This document shows positions 9,460 to 18,542 of a DNA stretch of 64,000 nucleotides, piece after piece. How positions within the stretch are numbered: position 1 is the stretch's first letter; every line of letters starts with the position of its first letter. Origin of the DNA: Bacilli bacterium (lineage in GTDB: Bacteria; Bacillota_I; Bacilli_A; ML615J-28; CAG-698); the NCBI GenBank assembly GCA_050953065.1, contig JBMNLZ010000002.1, forward strand, positions 224,001-288,000, given 5' to 3'. The position numbers and the translations under genes were made by a program. Under the pieces are notes generated by a model, which was not told the DNA's origin, did not search any database, and saw only the letters and a list, made by a program, of their open reading frames with translations.

Positions 9460-11847
9460 ATGAAAGTAAAATTAGAATGGTTAAATGAATTAGTAGATTT
9501 ATCTGATTTATCATTACAAGAAATAATAGATACAATTTCACTTAATTGTATAGAAATTGAAACAGTGTTACCATTATCTAGTGCGACTAATTTAGTAACT
9601 GGATATGTTTTAGAAAAAGAAGCTCATCCTAATTCTGATCACTTATCAGTATGTAAAGTAGATGTTGGATGTAACACACTACAAATTGTTTGTGGTGCTC
9701 CAAATGTAGAAAAGGGTCAAACAGTAATTGTTGCTTTGGTTGGAGCAGTTTTACCAGGAGATTTTAAAATTACAAAAGCTAAAATCAGAGGTGTAGAATC
9801 AAGTGGAATGATTTGTTCGCTTCAAGAATTAGGATTTGAAAAGAAATATATTCAAGAAAAATATCAAGAAGGAATTTATTATTTTACTGAAGAAGTTGAA
9901 ATTGGGATTAATGCTTTAGAAGCATTAAAGATGGATGATGTAGTAATTGAATTAGGTCTTACTCCAAATAGGAGTGATTTATTAAGTATGATTGGAGTTG
10001 CATATGATGTAAGTGCAGCTTTTAATAGACCAAGGAAAGAATTAAAATATGATTTAAAAAAATCAAATATTACTGAGACAGTAGATGTTACTATTAAAAC
10101 AAAAGATTGTAGCGCATATTATGCCATTATAGCAAAAGATTTAGTAATTAAAGATTCACCTCAATGGTTAGTATCAAGACTAGTTGCTTTTGGAGCAAGA
10201 CCAATTAATAATGTTGTTGATATTACAAACTATATTCTAGCTCTTTTTGGTCAACCTTTACATGCTTTTGATTATCAAAAGTTAGGTAATAAAATTGTAG
10301 TAAGAAACGCATTAAAGAAAGAAAAAATTACAACACTTGATTTAGAAGAAAGAGTTTTAGAAGAAGATGATATTTTAATTACTGATGGTAAAAAAGGCGT
10401 TGCTCTAGGTGGAGTAATGGGTGGAATAGACACTGCAATTTCTAATGATACTAAAGATATTGTAATTGAAGCGGCTGTCTTTAATCCTGCTTCTATTAGA
10501 AAAACATCAACTAGATTAGATTTAAGAAGTGAATCTTCAATTAGATTTGAAAAAGGTGTTGACGTTAATAGAACTCTAGAAGCTTTAAATTATACTTGTT
10601 ATTTACTTGAAACTTTAGCTGATGCTAAGATTTCAAAAGAATATAAAGTAGCTGGAATTACAGAAGTAGTGGATCTACCAATCTCAATTACTCTTGATTA
10701 TATTAATAAATATTTAGGACTTGATTTAACTATTAAAGAAGTAATTAATATCTTTAAAGCATTAGAATTTAAAACTGCTTTAGAGTCAAGTAATGAATTA
10801 GTAGTTTATGTTCCAAACAGAAGAAGTGATATTACAATTAAAGCTGATTTAGTAGAAGAGATTGGAAGATTTTATGGTTATGAAAAACTACCTAATACTT
10901 TACCTAAATCAAACCTTACTTCAACTCTAACTCCAAAACAAAAAAATACTAGAAAATTAAAAGATATTCTAGTAGGTTTAGGATTAAATGAAGTAATTAA
11001 TTATTCGCTTGTTTCAAAAGAAAAGAATCAAATGTTTACATTAAACAATAAAGAAAAGATTAAAGAAATATCTTTAGTAATGCCATTAAGTGAAGAACAT
11101 AAATATTTAAGACTTAATCTACTTTCTGGTTTAATTGAAAATGTAAAATATAACTTTGCTCGTGATTTAAAAGATTTAGCTTTATTTGAAGTAGGTAAAA
11201 CTTATTATGAAAAGGATGGCAAAACTTTTGAAGATACGTATTTAGGAATTGCAATTTCTAATTCATTCTTTTCAAATGCTTGGCAAAAAACAAATATTCA
11301 AGCTGACTTTTATTTACTAAAAGGTATTCTAGAACAAATCCTATCAAAATTTGATTTAAACTTTGACCTAAGACCTTTAGAAAAAGTGATAGCAGAAATG
11401 CATCCAAAAAGAAGTGCTAGAATTGTAGTAAATGGAAAACCAATTGGCTTCTTAGGAGCACTTCATCCTGAGTTTGCTTTAAAGAATGATTTAAATAATG
11501 TTTATGTTTTAGAAATGGATTTAGAAGATTTTATTAATACTAAAGAAGAAATAAATCTTTATAAACCAATTACTAAAATTCCAAGCATGGAACGAGATAT
11601 TGCAGTAGTAGTTAATAAAAATGTTTTAGCAGGAGATTTAATTAAATCAATTAAACAAGAAGCTAAAGATTTAATTAGTAGTATTGATATTTTTGACGTT
11701 TATGAAATAAACGAAAAAGAAAAATCAATTGCGATTAAAATGATTTTTACATCTTTTGAAACCCTAACTGATGATATTGTAAACAAAAAGATTGCTAGAA
11801 TATTAAAGAAGTTAAATGAAGAATATAATGCAGTCTTAAGAAGTTAA
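9460..11847 (+). CDS. pheT: Phenylalanine--tRNA ligase beta subunit
   Basis: HPNSDHL, IVCGAPNV, TPNRSD, INNVVDITNY, GQPLHAFD, DLVEEIGR. Confidence 0.98.
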   Translation: MKVKLEWLNELVDLSDLSLQEIIDTISLNCIEIETVLPLSSATNLVTGYVLEKEAHPNSDHLSVCKVDVGCNTLQIVCGAPNVEKGQTVIVALVGAVLPGDFKITKAKIRGVESSGMICSLQELGFEKKYIQEKYQEGIYYFTEEVEIGINALEALKMDDVVIELGLTPNRSDLLSMIGVAYDVSAAFNRPRKELKYDLKKSNITETVDVTIKTKDCSAYYAIIAKDLVIKDSPQWLVSRLVAFGARPINNVVDITNYILALFGQPLHAFDYQKLGNKIVVRNALKKEKITTLDLEERVLEEDDILITDGKKGVALGGVMGGIDTAISNDTKDIVIEAAVFNPASIRKTSTRLDLRSESSIRFEKGVDVNRTLEALNYTCYLLETLADAKISKEYKVAGITEVVDLPISITLDYINKYLGLDLTIKEVINIFKALEFKTALESSNELVVYVPNRRSDITIKADLVEEIGRFYGYEKLPNTLPKSNLTSTLTPKQKNTRKLKDILVGLGLNEVINYSLVSKEKNQMFTLNNKEKIKEISLVMPLSEEHKYLRLNLLSGLIENVKYNFARDLKDLALFEVGKTYYEKDGKTFEDTYLGIAISNSFFSNAWQKTNIQADFYLLKGILEQILSKFDLNFDLRPLEKVIAEMHPKRSARIVVNGKPIGFLGALHPEFALKNDLNNVYVLEMDLEDFINTKEEINLYKPITKIPSMERDIAVVVNKNVLAGDLIKSIKQEAKDLISSIDIFDVYEINEKEKSIAIKMIFTSFETLTDDIVNKKIARILKKLNEEYNAVLRS

Positions 11848-11988
11848 AAAATGTTTGATTTAAAAAAACTTTGTTTTATGTTGAACTTATAAAATATGAT
11901 TTAACTGAATTTGATTATATAATTTATTCTTTGTAGGATTGTAAATGATGTGAGACATAACATAATAATTAAAAAAGAGGTAAGGAAA

Positions 11989-12741
11989 ATGAAGAAAGCG
12001 AGTACTAAGTTATTACGAGTATTAATTGTTTGTTTTTTATTGTTGTTGATGTCTGGGTGTCGATATCGATATGATCCTTATAAGGACAAAGTAAATGTAG
12101 TTGTTGAAACGGATTATTTTTATGTTCAGTTAATAGTAAAAAATGTAAAAGAACCAAGGGCTTGTATATTAGAATTAACTGATTTAGGGAAAGAACAAGA
12201 AATTTTAGTTATTCCAGAATATGTAGAAGGGCTTCCTGTAAGGACTATTGGTAGACAAGAATTTAGTACATTTGGATGGAGAATTATAAGTGATAATTTA
12301 AAGAAAGTTTATGTTCCTATAACTGTAACCTCCATTTTAAGTACTGCATTTTTAGATTGCACTAATTTAGAAGAACTTGTGATGTTATCAGTGCCTATTA
12401 ATTATAATATGCCTGATCTTTGGTCTACTGGTGGACAAGCAACAATTATTCTTTCTAATCCATTGCAAGAAAATAGACTTATTGCAGTCCTAAAACCAGA
12501 AAATATAACATTACCAGTAAATCTAGTTTTTTACTATAACTATTCTGATGCACCAAATTCTGGATATTATTGGTTTGATTATATAACTGGTAGTAATTTA
12601 TATGTTTTACCAAACAATCCCGAAAGAGAAGGATATACTTTTAAAGGATGGTATATAGATGAAGAATGTAGTATAGAGTGGGATAAAGTATTACCAACAT
12701 CAGAAACTGAAATACTTGAATTATATGCTTTATGGGAATAA
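11989..12741 (+). CDS. Lipoprotein with LRR_5-like segment and C-terminal InlB B-repeat (Flg_new-like) domain, copy 1
   Basis: Lipobox MSGC; LVIPEYVEGLPVRTIG; PEREGYTFKGWY...LYALW; RBS precedes ATG 11989. Confidence 0.8.
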   Translation: MKKASTKLLRVLIVCFLLLLMSGCRYRYDPYKDKVNVVVETDYFYVQLIVKNVKEPRACILELTDLGKEQEILVIPEYVEGLPVRTIGRQEFSTFGWRIISDNLKKVYVPITVTSILSTAFLDCTNLEELVMLSVPINYNMPDLWSTGGQATIILSNPLQENRLIAVLKPENITLPVNLVFYYNYSDAPNSGYYWFDYITGSNLYVLPNNPEREGYTFKGWYIDEECSIEWDKVLPTSETEILELYALWE

Positions 12742-13488
12742 AAAAATGAGTGTAAAATTATTTAAAATTTTTGTTATGATTTGTTTATTGTTGTTGATGT
12801 CTGGGTGTCGATATCGATATGATCCTTATAAGGACAAAGTAAATGTAGTTGTTGAAACGGATTATTTTTATGTTCAGTTAATAGTAAAAAATGTAAAAGA
12901 ACCAAGGGCTTGTATATTAGAATTAACTGATTTAGGGAAAGAACAAGAAATTTTAGTTATTCCAGAATATGTAGAAGGGCTTCCTGTAAGGACTATTGGT
13001 AGACAAGAATTTAGTACATTTGGATGGAGAATTATAAGTGATAATTTAAAGAAAGTTTATGTTCCTATAACTGTAACCTCCATTTTAAGTACTGCATTTT
13101 TAGATTGCACTAATTTAGAAGAACTTGTTGAATTATCAGTGCCTATTAATTATGATATTCCTGATCTTTGGTCTACTGGTGGACAAGCAACAATTATTTT
13201 TTCTAATCCATTGATGGAAAATAAAATTATTGCTCGTCAAAGATCTGGTGGAATACAAATACCAGTAAATTTAGTTTTTTACTATAACTATACTGATGCA
13301 CCAAATTCAGGATATTATTGGTTTGATTGTATAACTGGTAGTAATTTATATGTTTTACCAAACAACCCTGAAAGAGAAGGATATACTTTTAAAGGATGGT
13401 ATATAGATGAAGAATGTAGTATAGAGTGGGATGAAGTATTACCAACATCTGAGACTGAAATACTTGAATTATATGCTTTATGGGAATA
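12036..13488 (+). repeat. Tandem gene duplication (748-bp period)
   Basis: 12036-12380 equals 12784-13128 exactly by visual alignment; the 3' halves align with substitutions. Confidence 0.95.
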
Positions 13489-13489
13489 G
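12746..13489 (+). CDS. Lipoprotein, tandem paralog copy 2
   Basis: Near-identical to copy 1 at an offset of 748 bp; ATG 12746 follows the copy 1 stop by 4 nt. Confidence 0.8.
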   Translation: MSVKLFKIFVMICLLLLMSGCRYRYDPYKDKVNVVVETDYFYVQLIVKNVKEPRACILELTDLGKEQEILVIPEYVEGLPVRTIGRQEFSTFGWRIISDNLKKVYVPITVTSILSTAFLDCTNLEELVELSVPINYDIPDLWSTGGQATIIFSNPLMENKIIARQRSGGIQIPVNLVFYYNYTDAPNSGYYWFDCITGSNLYVLPNNPEREGYTFKGWYIDEECSIEWDEVLPTSETEILELYALWE

Positions 13490-13875
13490 AAGGAAAGATG
13501 TAGTAGAGAAAGCATTTGATAATATGAAGAATGATTTAGACTTTAGAAGATTAAGAATTCATAATGAAAACACGTTAAGAGGTAAAATGTTTATAGTGTT
13601 TATTGCTTTAATATTAAAAACATATTTATATAATATGGTAATACAAAGAGGAATAGTAAAAGAATATTCAATTAATGAAGTACTAAAAGAAGTACAAAAA
13701 ATATCTAGAATTGAATTTGATAAAAACAACTCATTGTTAACGGAGATATCAAGCGAGCAAAGAAAATTATTTAGATTATTAGAAATAACAGAACCAAAAG
13801 AGAAAGAATGTACCCTAATGTAGGGGGTACATTCTTTATTGTTTATACGTGTATAATTCTTATAGGGAATTTAGG
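13487..13875 (+). mobile_element. 5'-truncated IS1634-like (IS4-related DDE) element: transposase C-terminus plus right end
   Basis: RRKDVVEKAFDNMKNDL..LR..GKMFIVFIAL matches the Y-R-E-K helix of IS4-type transposases. It is followed by a hairpin at 13803-13837 and GGGAATTTAGG (13865-13875), resembling IS1634-type ends. The N-terminus is absent. Confidence 0.75.
13803..13837. terminator. Hairpin at the transposase 3' end
   Basis: aaagaatgtaccc / gggtacattcttt 13-bp stem. Confidence 0.6.
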
Positions 13876-13930
13876 TTGATAATACGATTATACATTAATT
13901 ATGGCAAATAACAATACTATTTTGAACGGT

Positions 13931-13964
13931 ATATGTTGACTGGGATATTTTTAAATGTTAAAAT
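13931..13964 (+). promoter_or_regulatory. Sigma-A promoter of the lipoprotein-subtilase operon
   Basis: TTGACT-17 nt-TAAAAT with extended -10 TG; 30/34 identical to 62358-62391. Confidence 0.75.
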
Positions 13965-13987
13965 ATTGGTGTAGGGGGTAAATAAAA

Positions 13988-14755
13988 ATGCGAAAATTAT
14001 TATTTTTTTTGATAACATTTATTTTGGGATTAAGTCTTGTAGGGTGCGACGACGAAATAAATGCGATTGAGAAAGTGAAAGTCCAAGCAAGACAAACTTA
14101 TTTGAACACAATCATTAAACCTCGGTATCCCGATGCTACAATAGCCGATGTGTCATTCAGACCTTTTCTTGGGGTTTATAGCAATAGCTTGGTAGCCATT
14201 TTCTATGGTGGACAGTATCACGGTAGTCAAATAGCAGTTGAGGTAACTGAGGAAATTGAGAATATAATTTTTGCATATTCCAGCGGATATCCAATCCTTG
14301 TTTGGAACGACGGGAAAATAAGTTCGCTAACGGCGGCATACGAGCAAGGGCTTTTAACAAAAGAAAATTTGACAACCATACACAATCTTTATTGCGATAT
14401 AGATGATGGAGTGGAGGTCGAAATGGAAATACAGTCAAGGCTAACTTATTTGAACACAATCGTTAAACCTCGGTATCCCGATGCTACAATAGCCGATGTG
14501 TCATTCAGACCGTTTCTTGGGGTTTATAACAACAGCTTGGTAGCCGTTTTTTATGGCGGGCAGTATCACGGTCCTCACATAGAACGTGAGGTAACTGAGG
14601 AAATTGAGAATATAATTTTTGCATATTCTAGCGGATATCCAATCCTTGTTTGGAACGACGGGGAAATAAGTTCGCTAACGGCGGCATACGAGCAAGGGCT
14701 TTTAACAAAAGAAAATTTGACAACTATACACAATCTTTATATAGGTAAAAAGTAA
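13988..14755 (+). CDS. Lipoprotein with two tandem copies of an unknown ~100-aa domain
   Basis: MRKLL...SLVGC lipobox; repeated TYLNTI.KPRYPDATIADV...SLTAAYEQGLLTKENLTTIHNLY. Confidence 0.85.
   Translation: MRKLLFFLITFILGLSLVGCDDEINAIEKVKVQARQTYLNTIIKPRYPDATIADVSFRPFLGVYSNSLVAIFYGGQYHGSQIAVEVTEEIENIIFAYSSGYPILVWNDGKISSLTAAYEQGLLTKENLTTIHNLYCDIDDGVEVEMEIQSRLTYLNTIVKPRYPDATIADVSFRPFLGVYNNSLVAVFYGGQYHGPHIEREVTEEIENIIFAYSSGYPILVWNDGEISSLTAAYEQGLLTKENLTTIHNLYIGKK
14095..14740 (+). repeat. Intragenic direct repeat, 298-bp units with a 348-bp period
   Basis: 14095-14392 aligns with 14443-14740 with scattered substitutions. Confidence 0.95.
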
Positions 14756-14767
14756 AAGGAGAAAATC

Positions 14768-17700
14768 ATGTTTAATACTAACAAAGTAAAGAAAGTATCG
14801 CGATTTAGTGCATTATCAATTATAATATCAATCCTAATATTGGGATTAATAGTATCATTTACTTTCATGAACTGCAATACTATCTACGTATTTGCTGCTG
14901 AAGGCGAACAAACCGTGTCGATGACAAAAGTTTACAGCGACGTGTCAATTGAAGAGGATTTTGATGGCAGTAGCATTATTGTTATTATTGACAATAGTCT
15001 AAGTGGGATAAACAAGCGCCATGATGTAAATTTTTTTGAAGGAATTGAAATAGTCGAAATCGAAGACTTAACCGTAAAAACAGAGAGTGCAAGAAGTCTC
15101 GTTGACAAGAAAACTTTCGAGCAGGTCTTGAAGATAAAGTTACCGCAAGATTGTAAAGAAAGTGTCATACGCGGTATTAAGCAATTAGAAAGCATAAACG
15201 GAATTAAGTATGCTGGACCCAATAGGTATATTGAAGTGGAGAGGAATCCTAATGACCCGTTTTTTACCCATGTTTCCGGCGGTGAGGCGAATCAATGGGG
15301 GCTTAATAGAATTCAAGCAAATTTAGCTTGGGATTTGACAACGGGCAATAATAACGTGCGTGTCGGGATAATCGATACGGGAATTGGTGATATTGTCGGC
15401 GGACAAGCTAATCATCCTGACTTAAATGCAAACTTAGTTGCAGGTGGAGATTTTGTTAACATGAACGGAACTACGCCGGGGCCGTTAAGAGCAGATACTG
15501 ATGGACACGGAACTCACGTTGCTGGAATTGTAGGAGGGGTTGGCAATAATAGTGTGGGAATCTCTGGCGTTAATTGGAACGTTTCATTAGTGCCGATGCA
15601 AGTCGCAACAGGTGATACAATCGACGCCGCGGCTTGCGTAAGAGCAATAAATTTTGCAACAAACACTTGGAATAACGAAAATAGAATTAGTATTTTGAGT
15701 ATGAGTATCGGTCGATATACTGAGTGGCCAGAAATAGAAACTGCGATTAGAGCGTACCCTGGACTTTTTGTTTGCTCCACAGGAAACAGAAAACAGAACA
15801 ATGATATCACTCACCATTATCCCTCTTTTTATGGTTCCGCTTTGCACACAAATCCGCTTACAAATATGATTTCAGTAGGCAGAAGTGACATTAACGATGA
15901 GCGTCCTACAGATTTGAATATCAATGCAAATTGGGGAGCGCAAACGATTACTCTTTTTGCACCAGGTCAAAACATCATTAGTACATACCCCGTTAGCGTG
16001 ACATCAAATTGGACTCCTGGATATCACAGAACATCAGGCAGCTCAATGGCAGCGCCTATGGTTTCGGGGGTAGCGGCTTTATTGTTATCAGTTAATGCAA
16101 ATCTTACAACTACTCAATTAAGAGCGGCAATCGTCAACAACGTGGATGTGTTGGACACTTTTGAAAACGACCCAACAAACGGACGTCAATGCGTAACAGG
16201 TGGACGGCTTAATGCATACAAGGCACTTAGTAGCGTAATTTTTACAACAAGTAACGTTAGTAATGGCATATCAATAAACGGTTTTATAAACGGATACACT
16301 ATGCCAAACAACACAGAATTAGTTTTACCAGATAGCTTTGCACCATTAGGAGATGAAGAACAACAACCTGTTGTTGCAATTGGGAATAATGCTTTTGCTA
16401 ATCAAACAAGCCTAACTGAAATCTCTATTCCTAGCAGTATTACAAGTATTGGAGCAAATGCCTTTGCTGGTTGTACTTCATTAAACAGTGTAATAAGAGA
16501 ATTTAATTATGATATTACTACCACTAATTGCTATTACTTAATAAGAGAAAATTTAAATAATAATTTTCTTGAAGTGAACGGAGAAACTGTCTCAAATACA
16601 AATGATATAGTTCCTTTGTACTTAAGTGCAGGCAATCATAGTATTAAAGTACAAGGGTCAAATATTTCAAGTGTTATGAGTGCTCCAACTTTAGAGAAAG
16701 TAGAACAGATTTTTCTAAACTCAAATCAAGATGTTAAAAGTAGCATTGAAAGTGGAAAAAATATTTTTCATTTTAATAATTTTGGTGGAAGGTTTGTTCG
16801 ATTTACTATAGAAGCAACTAGTAGTAATCCTAACAATCCAACTATTAGTTATTTAGAAAATGCAATAATAGTTAGAGACTCAAATGGTGTGATAAAAAAA
16901 TTTGAAAATTCTATTTTTTCTATAGAAGCAAGAAATGTTACTGATTCAAATACAATAACAGTTTATCTTCCTACAACTAAAACTTATTATGTAGAAGTAA
17001 ACTTTTCAACTACGGATATTTCCGAATTAACATTGACTGCTAGATTATTAGATAATGCATCTCAATTTAATTTATTTAATTTAAATGAAAATGCTAATTC
17101 TAACATTAATTTGTTTAACATTGGCACATCAAATGGTGATGAAATTAAGGTAATTAATATATTGCAATCAGGACAATTTAAATTTGTAGTTAATTGTGAT
17201 AATCGAACAACTAGTTCAAAATTTGTAATTATTAAAGAAAAGTTAGTTGATAATCAAATAGTTAGACAGGTTATAAATGTGTGGAATATGGATATGGATG
17301 AAAATGGGAATGGTGAAATAGTTGATTTAGAACCTGCTAAATATTATATGGGATATTTTAATACACCGGTAGGGGTAGATGTTACTATTCTAATCAATAG
17401 ACTTGTTACACAAAGCGGAAGTGATGTATTGGTAACCGATCCAGATTATATGACACCTTGTGGAAGTCAAATCAATATAATTGAAGCAGATAAAAACATA
17501 AAAAGTTATCGTCAAACATTTATAACAGAGGGATTTACAAGATTAGTATATTTTGATATAGATTATGCTCCTTCTATTTCTAGATTAGATTATTATTGGT
17601 ATTCAAGCAATTCAAGTGTAGCAACAGTTACCCCATATGGAACTGTTTTAGCATTGCCAGTAACAACAGCTACTACAGTAAAAATAATGGCTGTATTTAA

Positions 17701-18442
17701 AACAGATTGTTCAAAAGTTTTCATTAAGGAATTTACTATTTTAGATGATATAGGATTGTCATGTGAATATGATAATAGAGAAGAAATGGTAAATGATTTT
17801 CTAGATGATTATACAGCATTTTACAATGCTGCTAACAATACAAGTTTATCTAGAGTAACCTTACTTATTCCAGGAGATTCTGGCTATGATGCTAGTACGG
17901 CATTAGTGGCTAGATTAGATAATCAAAATGCTACTTTAGAATTATTTTATAACAACCTTGATTTATACAATAAGTGGATTTGGATTGTTGACTATACAAT
18001 GGAAATACGCCCTTCAAGTCAAACTGAGTTTCAAAAATATATAAACAATACAGCAACTGGAACAAGTACAATTGTAAAATATGAAATATGGGCTTTCTTA
18101 AGTAAAAGAGTAAAAACAACGTGGCCACAAACTAGTGACTATACAATAGATGAAAACGCAAATGGTTTTTGGAGTTTAATAAATGGTGAATCTATAACTA
18201 TAGATATTAATGTTACAATTCCAGCTGGTCAAACAGTTATGATTCCTTTAATAGATGCAGAAGTACCTATTAATATATTGCAATATTATTTGTGGTCTAC
18301 AGAAAATCCAGAATCCGTAACATTTGCAGATTGGGGAAAAGTATATATTAGTTCTTCGGCAATTGGACAAACGGTTGTACTTAATGGAAGTTATATTCTT
18401 AACCCTAGGGTAGTAGTTAAGATTACTGTACAAGTAGAATAA
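14768..18442 (+). CDS. Secreted S8 subtilisin-like serine protease with LRR_5 repeat and conserved C-terminal scaffold
   Basis: Signal peptide ending ..VFAAE; prodomain; catalytic IIDTG, HGTHVAG, GSSMAAP; IGNNAFAN..IPSSITSIGANAF; C-terminus homologous to ORF 2..4183. Confidence 0.92.
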   Translation: MFNTNKVKKVSRFSALSIIISILILGLIVSFTFMNCNTIYVFAAEGEQTVSMTKVYSDVSIEEDFDGSSIIVIIDNSLSGINKRHDVNFFEGIEIVEIEDLTVKTESARSLVDKKTFEQVLKIKLPQDCKESVIRGIKQLESINGIKYAGPNRYIEVERNPNDPFFTHVSGGEANQWGLNRIQANLAWDLTTGNNNVRVGIIDTGIGDIVGGQANHPDLNANLVAGGDFVNMNGTTPGPLRADTDGHGTHVAGIVGGVGNNSVGISGVNWNVSLVPMQVATGDTIDAAACVRAINFATNTWNNENRISILSMSIGRYTEWPEIETAIRAYPGLFVCSTGNRKQNNDITHHYPSFYGSALHTNPLTNMISVGRSDINDERPTDLNINANWGAQTITLFAPGQNIISTYPVSVTSNWTPGYHRTSGSSMAAPMVSGVAALLLSVNANLTTTQLRAAIVNNVDVLDTFENDPTNGRQCVTGGRLNAYKALSSVIFTTSNVSNGISINGFINGYTMPNNTELVLPDSFAPLGDEEQQPVVAIGNNAFANQTSLTEISIPSSITSIGANAFAGCTSLNSVIREFNYDITTTNCYYLIRENLNNNFLEVNGETVSNTNDIVPLYLSAGNHSIKVQGSNISSVMSAPTLEKVEQIFLNSNQDVKSSIESGKNIFHFNNFGGRFVRFTIEATSSNPNNPTISYLENAIIVRDSNGVIKKFENSIFSIEARNVTDSNTITVYLPTTKTYYVEVNFSTTDISELTLTARLLDNASQFNLFNLNENANSNINLFNIGTSNGDEIKVINILQSGQFKFVVNCDNRTTSSKFVIIKEKLVDNQIVRQVINVWNMDMDENGNGEIVDLEPAKYYMGYFNTPVGVDVTILINRLVTQSGSDVLVTDPDYMTPCGSQINIIEADKNIKSYRQTFITEGFTRLVYFDIDYAPSISRLDYYWYSSNSSVATVTPYGTVLALPVTTATTVKIMAVFKTDCSKVFIKEFTILDDIGLSCEYDNREEMVNDFLDDYTAFYNAANNTSLSRVTLLIPGDSGYDASTALVARLDNQNATLELFYNNLDLYNKWIWIVDYTMEIRPSSQTEFQKYINNTATGTSTIVKYEIWAFLSKRVKTTWPQTSDYTIDENANGFWSLINGESITIDINVTIPAGQTVMIPLIDAEVPINILQYYLWSTENPESVTFADWGKVYISSSAIGQTVVLNGSYILNPRVVVKITVQVE

Positions 18443-18505
18443 AAGTTTTTTAAGACTTTGTAAAGAAAGTGGTGGTTTTTAGGCCTTAAACTTCTCAGTA
18501 ATCAA

Positions 18506-18542
18506 AAAAAGCGTTTCGTTTTTAAATTGCGAAACGCTTTTT
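18506..18542 (+). terminator. Intrinsic terminator
   Basis: aaaaagcgtttcg / cgaaacgcttttt. Confidence 0.75.

Noticed and set aside
13431-13486. N-terminus of the 130-aa ORF 13431..13823
   Set aside because: It is an alternative frame of the lipoprotein 3' end; only the part from about 13487 is transposase-derived.
12036-14740. Diversity-generating retroelement (TR/VR pair) as the source of the near-identical repeats
   Set aside because: Differences involve C, G and T positions in both copies and are not adenine-restricted; both copies are coding; no reverse transcriptase is in the window.
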